NCBI GenBank assembly: GCA_964016885.1
Contig: OZ024743.1
Span: forward strand, 317,502,001-317,566,000
Reading direction: 5' to 3'
Origin: Eledone cirrhosa
Taxonomy: Eukaryota
Length of the DNA: 64,000 nucleotides
Below the pieces are notes generated by a model that had not been told where the DNA came from, made no database searches, and saw nothing but the letters and a program-made list of their open reading frames with translations. Each line of letters starts with the position of its first letter. Within the stretch, counting starts at the first letter, position 1. Below, one piece after another: positions 32,964 to 45,917 of the stretch. The position numbers and the translations under genes were made by a program.

Positions 32964-35900
32964 TATAGACATAGAATATTCGAAAATATTCTGTATGTTT
33001 ATAATAAACATTTTGAAGACCTAATCGCTATAGAATAGAATACGTCACGTATTACAATTAGATTCTCGATAAAAGCAAGGGAAGTAATCTACGCGTTTCA
33101 TTCTTGTTAGAAATCATCAGGACTACATATCCAGTGCTTTTATCGAGAATGACACAGCTAGAGACTTATAGAATACTTAGCTGTGTACAGGAACTGGTTT
33201 GAAAGAGCGGTTGCCGGTCCGGCAGAAATTAGAAATTGGAATAAATGCTCTGAAATAGCGATATATATGTGAATATAGACATAGAATATTCGAAAATATT
33301 CTGTATGTTTATAATAAACATTTTGAAGACCTAATCGCTATAGAATAGAATACGTCACGTATTACAATTAGATTCTCGATAAAAGCAAGGGAAGTAATCT
33401 ACGCGTTTCATTCTTGTTAGAAATCATCAGGACTACATATCCAGTGCTTTTATCGAGAATGACACAGCTAGAGACTTATAGAATACTTAGCTGTGTACAG
33501 GAACTGGTTTGAAAGAGCGGTTGCCGGTCCGGCAGAAATTAGAAATTGGAATAAATGCTCTGAAATAGCGATATATATGTGAATATAGACATAGAATATT
33601 CGAAAATATTCTGTATGTTTATAATAAACATTTTGAAGACCTAATCGCTATAGAATAGAATACGTCACGTATTACAATTAGATTCTCGATAAAAGCAAGG
33701 GAAGTAATCTACGCGTTTCATTCTTGTTAGAAATCATCAGGACTACATATCCAGTGCTTTTATCGAGAATGACACAGCTAGAGACTTATAGAATACTTAG
33801 CTGTGTACAGGAACTGGTTTGAAAGAGCGGTTGCCGGTCCGGCAGAAATTAGAAATTGGAATAAATGCTCTGAAATAGCGATATATATGTGAATATAGAC
33901 ATAGAATATTCGAAAATATTCTGTATGTTTATAATAAACATTTTGAAGACCTAATCGCTATAGAATAGAATACGTCACGTATTACAATTAGATTCTCGAT
34001 AAAAGCAAGGGAAGTAATCTACGCGTTTCATTCTTGTTAGAAATCATCAGGACTACATATCCAGTGCTTTTATCGAGAATGACACAGCTAGAGACTTATA
34101 GAATACTTAGCTGTGTACAGGAGCTGGTTTGAAAGAGCGGTTGCCGGTCCGGCAGAAATTAGAAATTGGAATAAATGCTCTGAAATAGCGATATATATGT
34201 GAATATAGACATAGAATATTCGAAAATATTCTGTATGTTTATAATAAACATTTTGAAGACCTAATCGCTCTTTCAAACCGCTCTTTCAAACCAGTTCCTG
34301 TACACAGCTAAGTATTCTATAAGTCTCTAGCTGTGTCATTCTCGATAAAAGCACTGGATATGTAGTCCTGATGATTTCTAACAAGAATGAAACGCGTAGA
34401 TTACTTCCCTTGCTTTTATCGAGAATCTAATTGTAATACGTGACGTATTCTATTCTATAGCGATTAGGTCTTCAAAATGTTTATTATAAACATACAGAAT
34501 ATTTTCGAATATTCTATGTCTATATTCACATATATATCGCTATTTCAGAGCATTTATTCCAATTTCTAATTTCTGCCGGACCGGCAACCGCTCTTTCAAA
34601 CCAGTTCCTGTACACAGCTAAGTATTCTATAAGTCTCTAGCTGTGTCATTCTCGATAAAAGCACTGGATATGTAGTCCTGATGATTTCTAACAAGAATGA
34701 AACGCGTAGATTACTTCCCTTGCTTTTATCGAGAATCTAATTGTAATACGTGACGTATTCTATTCTATAGCGATTAGGTCTTCAAAATGTTTATTATAAA
34801 CATACAGAATATTTTCGAATATTCTATGTCTATATTCACATATATATCGCTATTTCAGAGCATTTATTCCAATTTCTAATTTCTGCCGGACCGGCAACCG
34901 CTCTTTCAAACCAGTTCCTGTACACAGCTAAGTATTCTATAAGTCTCTAGCTGTGTCATTCTCGATAAAAGCACTGGATATGTAGTCCTGATGATTTCTA
35001 ACAAGAATGAAACGCGTAGATTACTTCCCTTGCTTTTATCGAGAATCTAATTGTAATACGTGACGTATTCTATTCTATAGCGATTAGGTCTTCAAAATGT
35101 TTATTATAAACATACAGAATATTTTCGAATATTCTATGTCTATATTCACATATATATCGCTATTTCAGAGCATTTATTCCAATTTCTAATTTCTGCCGGA
35201 CCGGCAACCGCTCTTTCAAACCAGTTCCTGTACACAGCTAAGTATTCTATAAGTCTCTAGCTGTGTCATTCTCGATAAAAGCACTGGATATGTAGTCCTG
35301 ATGATTTCTAACAAGAATGAAACGCGTAGATTACTTCCCTTGCTTTTATCGAGAATCTAATTGTAATACGTGACGTATTCTATTCTATAGCGATTAGGTC
35401 TTCAAAATGTTTATTATAAACATACAGAATATTTTCGAATATTCTATGTCTATATTCACATATATATCGCTATTTCAGAGCATTTATTCCAATTTCTAAT
35501 TTCTGCCGGACCGGCAACCGCTCTTTCAAACCAGTTCCTGTACACAGCTAAGTATTCTATAAGTCTCTAGCTGTGTCATTCTCGATAAAAGCACTGGATA
35601 TGTAGTCCTGATGATTTCTAACAAGAATGAAACGCGTAGATTACTTCCCTTGCTTTTATCGAGAATCTAATTGTAATACGTGACGTATTCTATTCTATAG
35701 CGATTAGGTCTTCAAAATGTTTATTATAAACATACAGAATATTTTCGAATATTCTATGTCTATATTCACATATATATCGCTATTTCAGAGCATTTATTCC
35801 AATTTCTAATTTCTGCCGGACCGGCAACCGCTCTTTCAAACCAGTTCCTGTACACAGCTAAGTATTCTATAAGTCTCTAGCTGTGTCATTCTCGATAAAA

Positions 35901-36107
35901 GCACTGGATATGTAGTCCTGATGATTTCTAACAAGAATGAAACGCGTAGATTACTTCCCTTGCTTTTATCGAGAATCTAATTGTAATACGTGACGTATTC
36001 TATTCTATAGCGATTAGGTCTTCAAAATGTTTATTATAAACATACAGAATATTTTCGAATATTCTATGTCTATATTCACATATATATCGCTATTTCAGAG
36101 CATTTAT

Positions 36108-36112
<5 letters not shown>
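32961..36112. repeat. Divergent double array of a 310-bp retrozyme-like unit: ~4.2 units (ribozyme on minus, 32961-34269) + ~5.9 units (plus, ~34277-36112)
   Basis: Period 310 (32961, 33271, 33581, 33891, 34201; 34281, 34591 ... 35831); units essentially identical. Confidence 0.95.
34362..34404 (+). ncRNA. Minimal type I hammerhead, one per 310-bp unit (10 copies in total)
   Basis: GTAGTC-CTGATGA-T-TTCT-AACA-AGAA-T-GAAAC-GC-GTA-GATTAC; stem I extended by 16-bp helix ATTCTCGATAAAAGCA/TGCTTTTATCGAGAAT. Confidence 0.9.
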
Positions 36113-36174
<62 letters not shown>

Positions 36175-36179
<5 letters not shown>

Positions 36180-37365
36180 GACGTAAATAAGAAAGTTATG
36201 AAAATTGACTTACTAAAATTTCACTCCAACTAATTAGTTTCTGTAAGGGGATAAATACAGTTACGTAATACCTGTAGAGAAGCCTTACGTCATCAGGGAG
36301 TCTATTCTCAGCTAAGCCACCAGGCAATGCGGGGACACTGGAAGCTTATATAACAATAATTCAGTGGATGGTAAAAAGCGAAAAAATCGAGCGAGGATGG
36401 ATTCTAAGCACTGAAAAATTCGCTGCCTCCTTGGTCAAGTTTTGAATTTCCCACTTGACCAAGGAGGCAGCGAATTTTTCAGAGCTTAGAATCCAGCCCC
36501 GCTCGATTTTTTCGCTTTTTTCCATCCACTGAATTATTTGTTATATAAGCTTCCAGTGTCCCCGCATTGCCTGGTGGCTTAGCTGAGAATAGACTACCTG
36601 ATGACGTAAGGCTTCTCTACAGGTATTACGTAACTGTATTTATCCCCTTACAGAAACTAATTAGTTGGAGTGAAATTTTAGTAAGTAAGTCAATTTTCAT
36701 AACTTTCTTATTTACGTCTTTCATATAATTGTTCTGCATCCCCCTGCATAGAACTACAAAGTTACTAAGACAAAACATATATATCTGCTAGCGTAGGTAT
36801 GCATCTGTATACATATGTCGGTAGATATATTAATTCTTTATATCCTTCTCCAAATTATTTGTTGAGCAAAATTTGCCAAATTACTACTGTGACTGATAGT
36901 AGTAGCTAGGCTCTGTCTTGATAGCACCCCCACTCCAAGCTGGTTAACCTCAGTGTCACGTGATTAATTCTTTTGAATTTGCCACTTGACCAAGGAGGCA
37001 GCGAATTTTTCAGTGCTTAGAATCCAGCCCCGCTCGATTTTTTCGCTTTTTTCCATCCACTGAATTATTGTCATATAAGCTTCCAGTGTCCCCGCATTGC
37101 CTGGTGGCTTAGCTGAGAATAGACTCCCTGATGACGTAAGGCTTCTCTACAGGTATTACGTAACTGTATTTATCCCCTTACAGAAACTAATTCGTTGGAG
37201 TGAAATTTTAGTAAGTAAGTCAATTTTCATAACTTTCTTAGTTATGTCTTTCATATAATTGTTCTGCATCCCCCTGCATAGAACTACAAAGTTACTAAGA
37301 CGAAACATATATATCTGCTAGCGTAGGTATGCATCTGTATACATATGTCGGTAGATATATTAATT

Positions 37366-37370
<5 letters not shown>
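36175..37370. mobile_element. Retrozyme-like 531-bp family: inverted arm (36175-36438) + ~1.75 tandem units; hammerheads at 36223-36301 (minus), 36593-36671 and 37123-37201 (plus)
   Basis: CCACTTGACC at 36451 and 36982; ACTCC-CTGATGA..GAAAC-TAATT(A/C)-GTT-GGAGT. Confidence 0.85.
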
Positions 37371-37399
<29 letters not shown>

Positions 37400-37403
<4 letters not shown>

Positions 37404-37516
37404 TGAAACAAAATGAAAACGAAATTTCATTTCTCACTCTTAGTATGGCACTTACTTAAATGTAAGTATGCATGTATACGTACATACATATATGTATACT
37501 AACGTACAGTAGCATG

Positions 37517-37555
<39 letters not shown>

Positions 37556-39200
37556 GCATACAGGTACACATACATATATGCACGTATCAGTTTAGCGGCG
37601 CTTATTATAACGTCGCTTTGTTCGTTTGTAAACAAACTGAACAGCCTGAATTTATGCCATACGGTGTTAAGGCAACCACGTCACCTTTTTGTTCAACACT
37701 GACACAGGAACGATGTACTAGTTTCAAGCTTGTTAGCTATCATCAGCACCGTTTACCCATCTGCCAGATAGTTGAACGTTCGAAAGTATATACTTTCCTT
37801 ATGAAAATTAACGGCTGAGCAGCCTAATTTGCATATTGAGTGAGTTAAATCGGTCAGGCATACCGAAAACGATAAATTGAAACAAAATGAAAACGAAATT
37901 TCATTTCTCACTCTTAGTATGGCACTTACTTAAATGTAAGTATGCATGTATACGTACATACATATATGTATACAGACGTACAGTAGCATGCACATATATA
38001 TATATATATATATACATATATATATACATATGCATACAGGTACACATACATATATGCACGTATCAGTTTAGCGGCGCTTATTATAACGTCGCTTTGTTCG
38101 TTTGTAAACAAACTGAACAGCCTGAATTTATGCCATACGGTGTTAAGGCAACCACGTCACCTTTTTGTTCAACACTGACACAGGAACGATGTACTAGTTT
38201 CAAGCTTGTTAGCTATCATCAGCACCGTTTACCCATCTGCCAGATAGTTGAACGTTCGAAAGTATATACTTTCCTTATGAAAATTAACGGCTGAGCAGCC
38301 TAATTTGCATATTGAGTGAGTTAAATCGGTCAGGCATACCGAAAACGATAAATTGAAACAAAATGAAAACGAAATTTCATTTCTCACTCTTAGTATGGCA
38401 CTTACTTAAATGTAAGTATGCATGTATACGTACATACATATATGTATACAGACGTACAGTAGCATGCACATATATATATATATATACATATATATATACA
38501 TATGCATACAGGTACACATACATATATGCACGTATCAGTTTAGCGGCGCTTATTATAACGTCGCTTTGTTCGTTTGTAAACAAACTGAACAGCCTGAATT
38601 TATGCCATACGGTGTTAAGGCAACCACGTTACCTTTTTGTTCAACACTGACACAGGAACGATGTACTAGTTTCAAGCTTGTTAGCTATCATCAGCATATA
38701 TGTATGTGTACCTGTATGCATATGTATATATATATGTATATATATATATGTGCATGCTACTGTACGTCTGTATACGTATACATATATGTACGTATACATG
38801 CATACTTACATTTAAGTAAGTGCCATACTAAGAGTGAGAAATGAAATTTCGTTTTCATTTTGTTTCAATTTATCGTTTTCGGTATGCCTGACCGATTTAA
38901 CTCACTCAATATGCAAATTAGGCTGCTCAGCCGTTAATTTTCATAAGGAAAGTATATACTTTCGAACGTTCAACTATCTGGCAGATGGGTAAACGGTGCT
39001 GATGATAGCTAACAAGCTTGAAACTAGTACATCGTTCCTGTGTCAGTGTTGAACAAAAAGGTGACGTGGTTGCCTTAACACCGTATGGCATAAATTCAGG
39101 CTGTTCAGTTTGTTTACAAACGAACAAAGCGACGTTATAATAAGCGCCGCTAAACTGATACGTGCATATATGTATGTGTACCTGTATGCATATGTATATA

Positions 39201-39258
<58 letters not shown>

Positions 39259-39308
39259 CATGCTACTGTACGTCTGTATACATATATGTATGTACGTATA
39301 CATGCATA

Positions 39309-39311
<3 letters not shown>
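37400..39311. repeat. Divergent double array of a ~476-bp retrozyme-like unit (~2.7 units minus + ~1.3 units plus, switch near 38695)
   Basis: AATTGAAACAAAATG at 37401, 37875, 38351; inverted from ~38696. Confidence 0.92.
38992..39036 (+). ncRNA. Minimal type I hammerhead of the 476-bp unit (also 37709-37753 and next unit, minus)
   Basis: AACGGTG-CTGATGA-T-AGCT-AACA-AGCT-T-GAAAC-TA-GTA-CATCGTT. Confidence 0.9.
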
Positions 39312-39388
<77 letters not shown>

Positions 39389-39458
39389 CGGAGCAAGTAA
39401 ATATTAAACAAACTTTTAAATAAATTAAAATACGATTTAAATATTCACCCGTTCTAGT

Positions 39459-39538
39459 GCTGTGACCGGCGGTTTCGCTTATCAAAAGATTGGAAATTCA
39501 GAGAATTTCCAATGGAAAGAATCAGCTCTTCAGACAGC
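39459..39538 (-). ncRNA. Type I hammerhead in an inverted pLTR-like segment (39385-39700)
   Basis: Minus strand: GCTGT-CTGAAGA-GCT..AGC-GAAAC-CGCCG-GTC-ACAGC. Confidence 0.8.
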
Positions 39539-39701
39539 TATTTCCATACCACAAGGCACAAAGCCTTGTATTTTTGCAAATATGTCGCTTTCTGCCCGAT
39601 GCATGAAGACAGGCTGTTAAAGTGACCCACACATAAATAGGCCGTTAGAAAAAGCGGGATTATAGACTCGTTGATATTTCATGCCACTATAAAAATAGGT
39701 C

Positions 39702-40503
39702 GTGCATGCAATAGTGATTAGTATTAAAACTACCCTAAAGGGCCACATATTCAAATTCAACGAAATGATCTACACCCAAAATGAGGGAGCAGCCATTGGT
39801 GTCAGCATAGCTGGTGACGTTGCCAACCTTTCTATGGTATGGTGGGAAAGGAGACTCAAAGATCTCCTTGATGGGAGCTCCATAGACCTCATCATGTACT
39901 CTCGTTAGGTAGATGATATTAATATAGTAATAAGGACACCCCAACAAGAGAGTAGTAACAAATATGATTTAGAATGTAGCACAATGGAAAGCATCCAGCA
40001 GATAGCTAACTCCATACACCAGAGTATAACTGTAAGTATCGACTACCCTTCCAAACATCCTAACAGTAGACTACCTGTATTAGACATGGAACTCTGGATT
40101 AACATTATAGACGAGAGGGCCCAAATTCTCCACTCACACTACGCTAAACCCATGTCCTCCAAATACCTGATACTCAAAAACTCAGCAATGTCCAGTAGTG
40201 CTAAGTTTAATATTCTGATCGCAGACTTAGTACGAGTGATGAAGAACGTGTCCCACATGTGCGACCCAACAGAAATGGAAAGACACATCCGACACTTCAT
40301 CAACCGCATGCAGTTCTCTGGCTACAACCAAAGAGACAGAATCAGAGTATACAAAGGAGCCACGGAGAAGTATAAGACCCTCATAGAACTGGACATGAAA
40401 GGAATTTGCCCATTATACAGGAGCAAATCATGGAATAGCTTAGATAGGACTAAACATAAGATAGGGAAAGCCACCTCATGGTACGACAACCAGAGATACC
40501 AGT
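39702..40503 (+). mobile_element. PLE RT fragment related to 29736-31473
   Basis: GAAIGVSIAGDVANL..MYSR*VDD..IANSIHQSI..LPVLD. Confidence 0.85.
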
Positions 40504-43500
40504 GTGTCTGTGTGTGCGGAGGTGTGGTGGAAAGGGGAGAGGATGGGTAGGTGTGAAAGGTGGAGGGAGAAGGTGGTGGTGTGGGGAGATGGTGTGTATA
40601 TTAGTGGAGGTGTTAGTGGGATGTGTGTGTGAGGGGGTGTAGGTGGAGCGGGGAGAGAGAGAGGGAGAGAAAGCGTGTTGGGGACGGCGGAGGGAGTGTA
40701 GTGTGCGTGTTTGGATATGAGTGTGTGTGTGTGGTAGAGAGGGTGTTAGTATTAATGATGGTGGGGAGGGGGTTGAATGCGGGTGTGTAAGTGGGGGTTA
40801 GTGGTGGTTCGGTGTGTGGAGTGGGTAGTGTATCGGTGTGTACGTAGGTGTGGGTGGGTGTATGTGATGGTGTGTGTTCGTGTATGTAGGTGAGGGGGAA
40901 GGTAGGTTGGGGGATGTTAGCAATATTAGTTGTGGGGGTGGTCAGATGTGGATGTGTGGGTTGGGGTTAATGGTAGTTATAGGGTGTGTGGATAGTGTGA
41001 GTGCATGTATATATGTACAGGTGGGTGTGGGGAGTGTGGGTCCGCGGGTGCTAGGGGTAGGGGTGGGGATGTTAGTATTATTACTTGTAGGGTGGGTCAT
41101 CCAGGTGGGGGCGGTGAAACTGAGGAGTGTGTTAGTGGGGAATGTGTGTGGGGGGGGGGGGTCGGTCGGTCGAAGGCTAAAGGAATAGGGGTGGGGAGTT
41201 CAGGCCGGGGTATGTGTGGGTCTGTAGGGTGAAGATGGTGTGATGTTCGACCTTGAGGCGGGTGGCGGGTGTCCCATGGCATTGGGTCAGGCTACCGACT
41301 GTGAGGTGGTGGGCGGAATGTCCAGGGGAGCCAAAGTGGCGGGCGATGGGGAACTCCCGTCGAGACGAATATCGCGGAAATGCTCCGTGCTCCTATCCGC
41401 CAGGCGACGTCCAGTCTGTCCGTAGACGAGTTTGGAGGAGGTGCAGCGGAAGGCGTCCCTGACAGAGAGAGAGTGGCCATTGGGACCTTGGAAGGTGGTG
41501 TGTTGGTGATGTGGGAGCAAGGAAGGGAACCGGGGGGGGGAGAAGAGCTGGGTTGGAGGGTAGGGAGCTGCGGACGAGGATGGAGTGGAGATTACGCGCG
41601 CGTTTGAAAGAGGGGGAGGTAAGATGGGGGACGTGGAGGAGTCGGACTGGAGGCGTCGGAAAAGGCGGAGGATGGTGCGGTGGTGGGGTAGGATGGTGGG
41701 GTGGTAGGTGATGGGGAAGGGGATAGGGTGGGTGGGTGTGCAGGGGCGTGGGGTGAGGGTGGTGGAGCGATGGATCGCACGGATGCGAGTGATGGCGGTG
41801 TGGACGAGGGAGGTGGGGTAACCTCTCTGGATGAAATGGCTGACTAGGGAAAGGGCCTGGGATTCGAAGTCAGCTTCTCGGCTGCAGAGGCGGCGGATCC
41901 GGAGGAGTTGGGAGTAGGGAATAGAGTGTTTTGTGTGTGTAGGGTGGGAGGAGGTGAAGTCGAAGTAGGAGTGGGAGTCGGTGGGTTTGAAGAAGGCGGA
42001 GGTGACGAGGGAGCGGTGGGAGGGGTCGATGGCGACGGAGATGTCAAAGAAGTGGACGTGGGTGGTGGAGATAGAGGTGGTGAAATGGAGGGAGGGGTGG
42101 AAGGAGCAGAAGAAGGAGAGAAAGGAGTCAAGATGTTCTCGGGTGAGGGTCGTGGCCCCGATACAGTCGTCGATGTAACGACCATACTGTTCGGGTGTGG
42201 GGCCGGTGTACTGGGAAAAGATTTGGGCCTCAACATGACCAACGAAAAGGTTGGCATAGTTTGGGCCCATTCTTGTGCCTATAGCTACTCCAGCGACCTG
42301 TTGGTAAAACTCACCTGAGAAGGAGAAGCAGTTGAGGGTGAGGACCAGCTCGGCGAGGCGAAGGAGGGTGGGGGTGGAGGGGATGGGGGAGGGACGAAGG
42401 TCGAAGTAGTGCCGGAGGGCACGTAGGCCATCGGCGTGGGGGATAACTGTGTAGAGGGACATAATATCTAGGGTGAAGAGGAGGGGGTGTGGGCCGGGTG
42501 GGAAAGTGAGGGAGTCGAACAGGCGAAGGGCGTGATTGGTGTCGTAGATGTGGGAGGGGAGGGTGGTGACGAGGAGAGCGAGGATGGAGTCAAGAAAGGC
42601 GGAGATAAGTTCAGTGGGGCAGTTGCAACCGGAGACGATGGGGCGGCCTGGGTTGTCTGGTTTGTGGAGTTTGGGGAGGATGTAGATCGTGGAGGTGCGA
42701 GGGGTGCGGACGATGAGGTGGGAAGCGGTGGGAGAGAGGAGGGAGGAGGATACGAGGTGTTGGATAGTGGAGGAAACTTGTTGTTGGTAGAGGGGTATGG
42801 GGTCGGAGGGTAGAGGGCGGTAGAAGAGGGGGTTACGGAGCTGCCTGGGGGCTTCACCGTGTAGAGGTCAGCGTGCCATACCACCACGGCGTCTCCTTTG
42901 TTCGCCGGTTTGATGACGATGTCATCTCAGCTACGGAGGGAGCTGAGTGCGAGGAGTTTGCCCCGTGTGATGTTATGCCGTTTGGAACGGCGGCGGAAGT
43001 CGAAGCGATTTACTGCGCTACGGCAGGCGTCGACGAACGTGTCCAGGGTGCTAAATTGCCCGGATGCCAGCATCCAAGATGATGGTCGTCGGCCCAGAGC
43101 GAGAAAGGGGTCTGGGGCGTTCGGAGCCGGTGGGGTTTGGTGAAAATGTGCCTGTAGCTTGGTGCGTCGCACGAATCGCTCGACATCCGTTCGGGTGCGT
43201 CACTCGTCGTTGCGCGGGGTGTGGGGTATGAAGCGCAGGCCTCTACTGAGGAGTGAGCGCTCGGGTGCGGAGACGGGGAGGACAGGGGGTATGGTGACGA
43301 CAAATGAGGGTGAGGTGGGTGCGGTTTGAGTGGGGTGGGGCGTGGGGGTGATGGGGGGTATGGAGGGGTGTGATAGGGGGAGGGGAGTGTGTGGTGGAGG
43401 GTGGTGGGGATGGGTGTGATGGGTGAGGTGCATGTGGGGGGTCTCGGGAGTGGGGGATAGTGGTGGGGGAAGGTATGGTGGGGTGGAGTATGTGTGGCTT

Positions 43501-43935
43501 AAGTGCTTTGGTGGAGGTGAGGAAGGAGAAGATGTCGTGGTTGAGGTTTTGTATGAAGAGGAAGATGGAGTGGGCGAGGAGGGGGTGGCATGTGGAGTTG
43601 AGGCGGAGGAGGGTGGGGGTGAGTTTGTGGCCAAGATTGAGGAAGGTGGAGAGGGAGGAGCGGAGTGTGTTGTACATTAGGAGGTGCGAGGACCGGGTGG
43701 GGATACGTTTTGTGGAGGGGCAAGTGGAGGGGGAGGCGTGGAAGTGCAGTCGGAAGCCGAGGGGGGTGAGGTGGAGGTGGAGGAAGCGACTGAGGAAATG
43801 GATGTGGCTGGACTGCCGGGTTTTGGCGAAGAGAAGGTAGGAGGGTTGGAGGGCCGAAGGGAGATAGCAGGGTGGGAGGAGGGGCGATGTTTAAGGCGGG
43901 TGTGGAGTTGGTGGAGAAAGGATTTCAGGCTGGAT
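40504..43935 (-). mobile_element. C-rich disrupted PLE (Neptune-like), near full length
   Basis: LSRGLRFIP, MSLYTVIPH, GVAIGTRMGPNYANL, RYIDD, KPTDSHSY; degenerate GIY-YIG. Confidence 0.9.
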
Positions 43936-44119
43936 ATATCTCATCATCATCATCATTTTACGTCCGCTTTTCCCTGCTTGCAAGGGTGGAACGGGAACTG
44001 ATTCTGGCTTGATTTCTACAGCTGGATGCCCTTCCTAACACCAACCTCATTTACAGTGTGGGCTGGCTGCTTTTTTGCCGTGGCACCTCCAGGACTACTT
44101 TGCAGTGGAATGACCCCAG

Positions 44120-44272
44120 TCCCTATCATCTCATTTCTACAGCTGAGTAAACTGGAGCAATGTAAAATAAAATGTCTTGCTCAAGGAAACAACACATCAC
44201 ACGGTCTGAGAATTGAATTCACAACCTTTCGATTGCAAGGCCACTGCTCTAACCACTAAGCCATGTGTCTCC
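44120..44272 (-). mobile_element. tRNA-derived SINE (an RTE-like 3' tail with (CAT)n lies at 43940-44095)
   Basis: Minus strand: GGAGACACATGGCTTAGTGGTTAGAGC (A box), GAATTCAATTCTC, TTCCTTGAGCAAGAC. Confidence 0.7.
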
Positions 44273-44305
<33 letters not shown>

Positions 44306-44375
44306 TACACGCACACACACATACATATATATATATATACACACATAGACACACGATAACAATTAACAGTGCTTT

Positions 44376-45215
44376 TTAGCCCAGCCAATGATCTAAAATG
44401 TCTTGCACAGAGTTGGCAACCAAAACATTCACTGGGAATAACCGGTTGTGCTGGAGTTCATGTACTTTTGCATGTCGTTTGAGCCCTCCTGCTGATTTAC
44501 ATTCTCTACCACATGCTTGGCAAGCCTGATGAGTAGCATCTCCAACAGCAGCCTGGTAGTCAACCACTGGTCTTACTTTATCACTGCGAAGATGACTTTC
44601 GAGTCCAGCTTTGCTGAGGCGGAGTCTCGCACAGACACTGCATGTCATCGCCATAGGAGGACCTTCCCTGTCTGGAAATGCAACAGTAATGCCCTTTCTC
44701 GTATCCCTCTTTACTTTCTTGTATGTGATTCGAGATGCCTCAAAGGCAACTTTCCCCTCATATACAGTTTTTCTCCATTTATTACGATCAGCAGAGATGT
44801 TAGTGTCTTTCAAAGAGGCTCTTAACGAATCCTTATACCTCTTTTTTGGTTTACCTGGAGGTCGTTTTCCTTTAACTAACTCTCCATAAAAGAGTTGTTT
44901 TGGTATTCACACATGCCTTGTACACCTTTACCTTTGTCTTCTTGCATATGTTTCACCGACCCCAGAGCCGCCTTTCTAGCTTTCCGAAAGCATGACTTGC
45001 TTTCCTAATCCTGAGTGGAATTTCATGATCAAGGTTGCTGTATCAATTGACAGTGCTTCCCAGGTAGACAAACTGATCAACCACAACGTTTACCATATAC
45101 ATAGATATTTCGCTCACTCTACTGCTTACCAGGGGCAGGTTGAAACATGACGGCGGTTTTCTTGAGACTGACAGTCAATCCAAGGGCAGTGCAAGTATCA
45201 GAAAATGCATTCATA
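44376..45215 (-). mobile_element. RTE/BovB-like LINE 3' fragments with C-terminal C2H2-like fingers
   Basis: [18 protein letters not shown]; YGEL..GKRPPGKPKKRYKD; CSVC..AGLESH and CQAC..GGLKRHAKVH. Confidence 0.8.
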
Positions 45216-45234
45216 TACGTATATATATATACAC

Positions 45235-45335
<101 letters not shown>

Positions 45336-45363
45336 GATATAGATATATATACATATATATTAT

Positions 45364-45412
<49 letters not shown>

Positions 45413-45457
45413 CACATATATATACATATATATATATACATATATATATACACACAC

Positions 45458-45550
<93 letters not shown>

Positions 45551-45568
45551 TATATATACATATATATA

Positions 45569-45678
<110 letters not shown>

Positions 45679-45679
45679 C

Positions 45680-45710
<31 letters not shown>

Positions 45711-45917
45711 CATATATACAATATATACATATATATATATACATATATATATATATACATATATATATATACATATATATAAGAAAGTAAGTCCATAGAA
45801 TCATTTGATAAAATATATACAGTATTTCTCCTCCCAATCAGCACTATCAACCACATCAAAAATCAATTAAACGAGGCTATAAGTTTAAAATGTACTTATG
45901 CATATACATCACGCAAT

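Noticed and set aside
42468-44001. Pro/Gly-rich ORFs
   Set aside because: Alternative frames of the C-skewed, frameshifted PLE
44225-44272. tRNA gene
   Set aside because: tRNA-like SINE head continuing into a SINE body; no full cloverleaf
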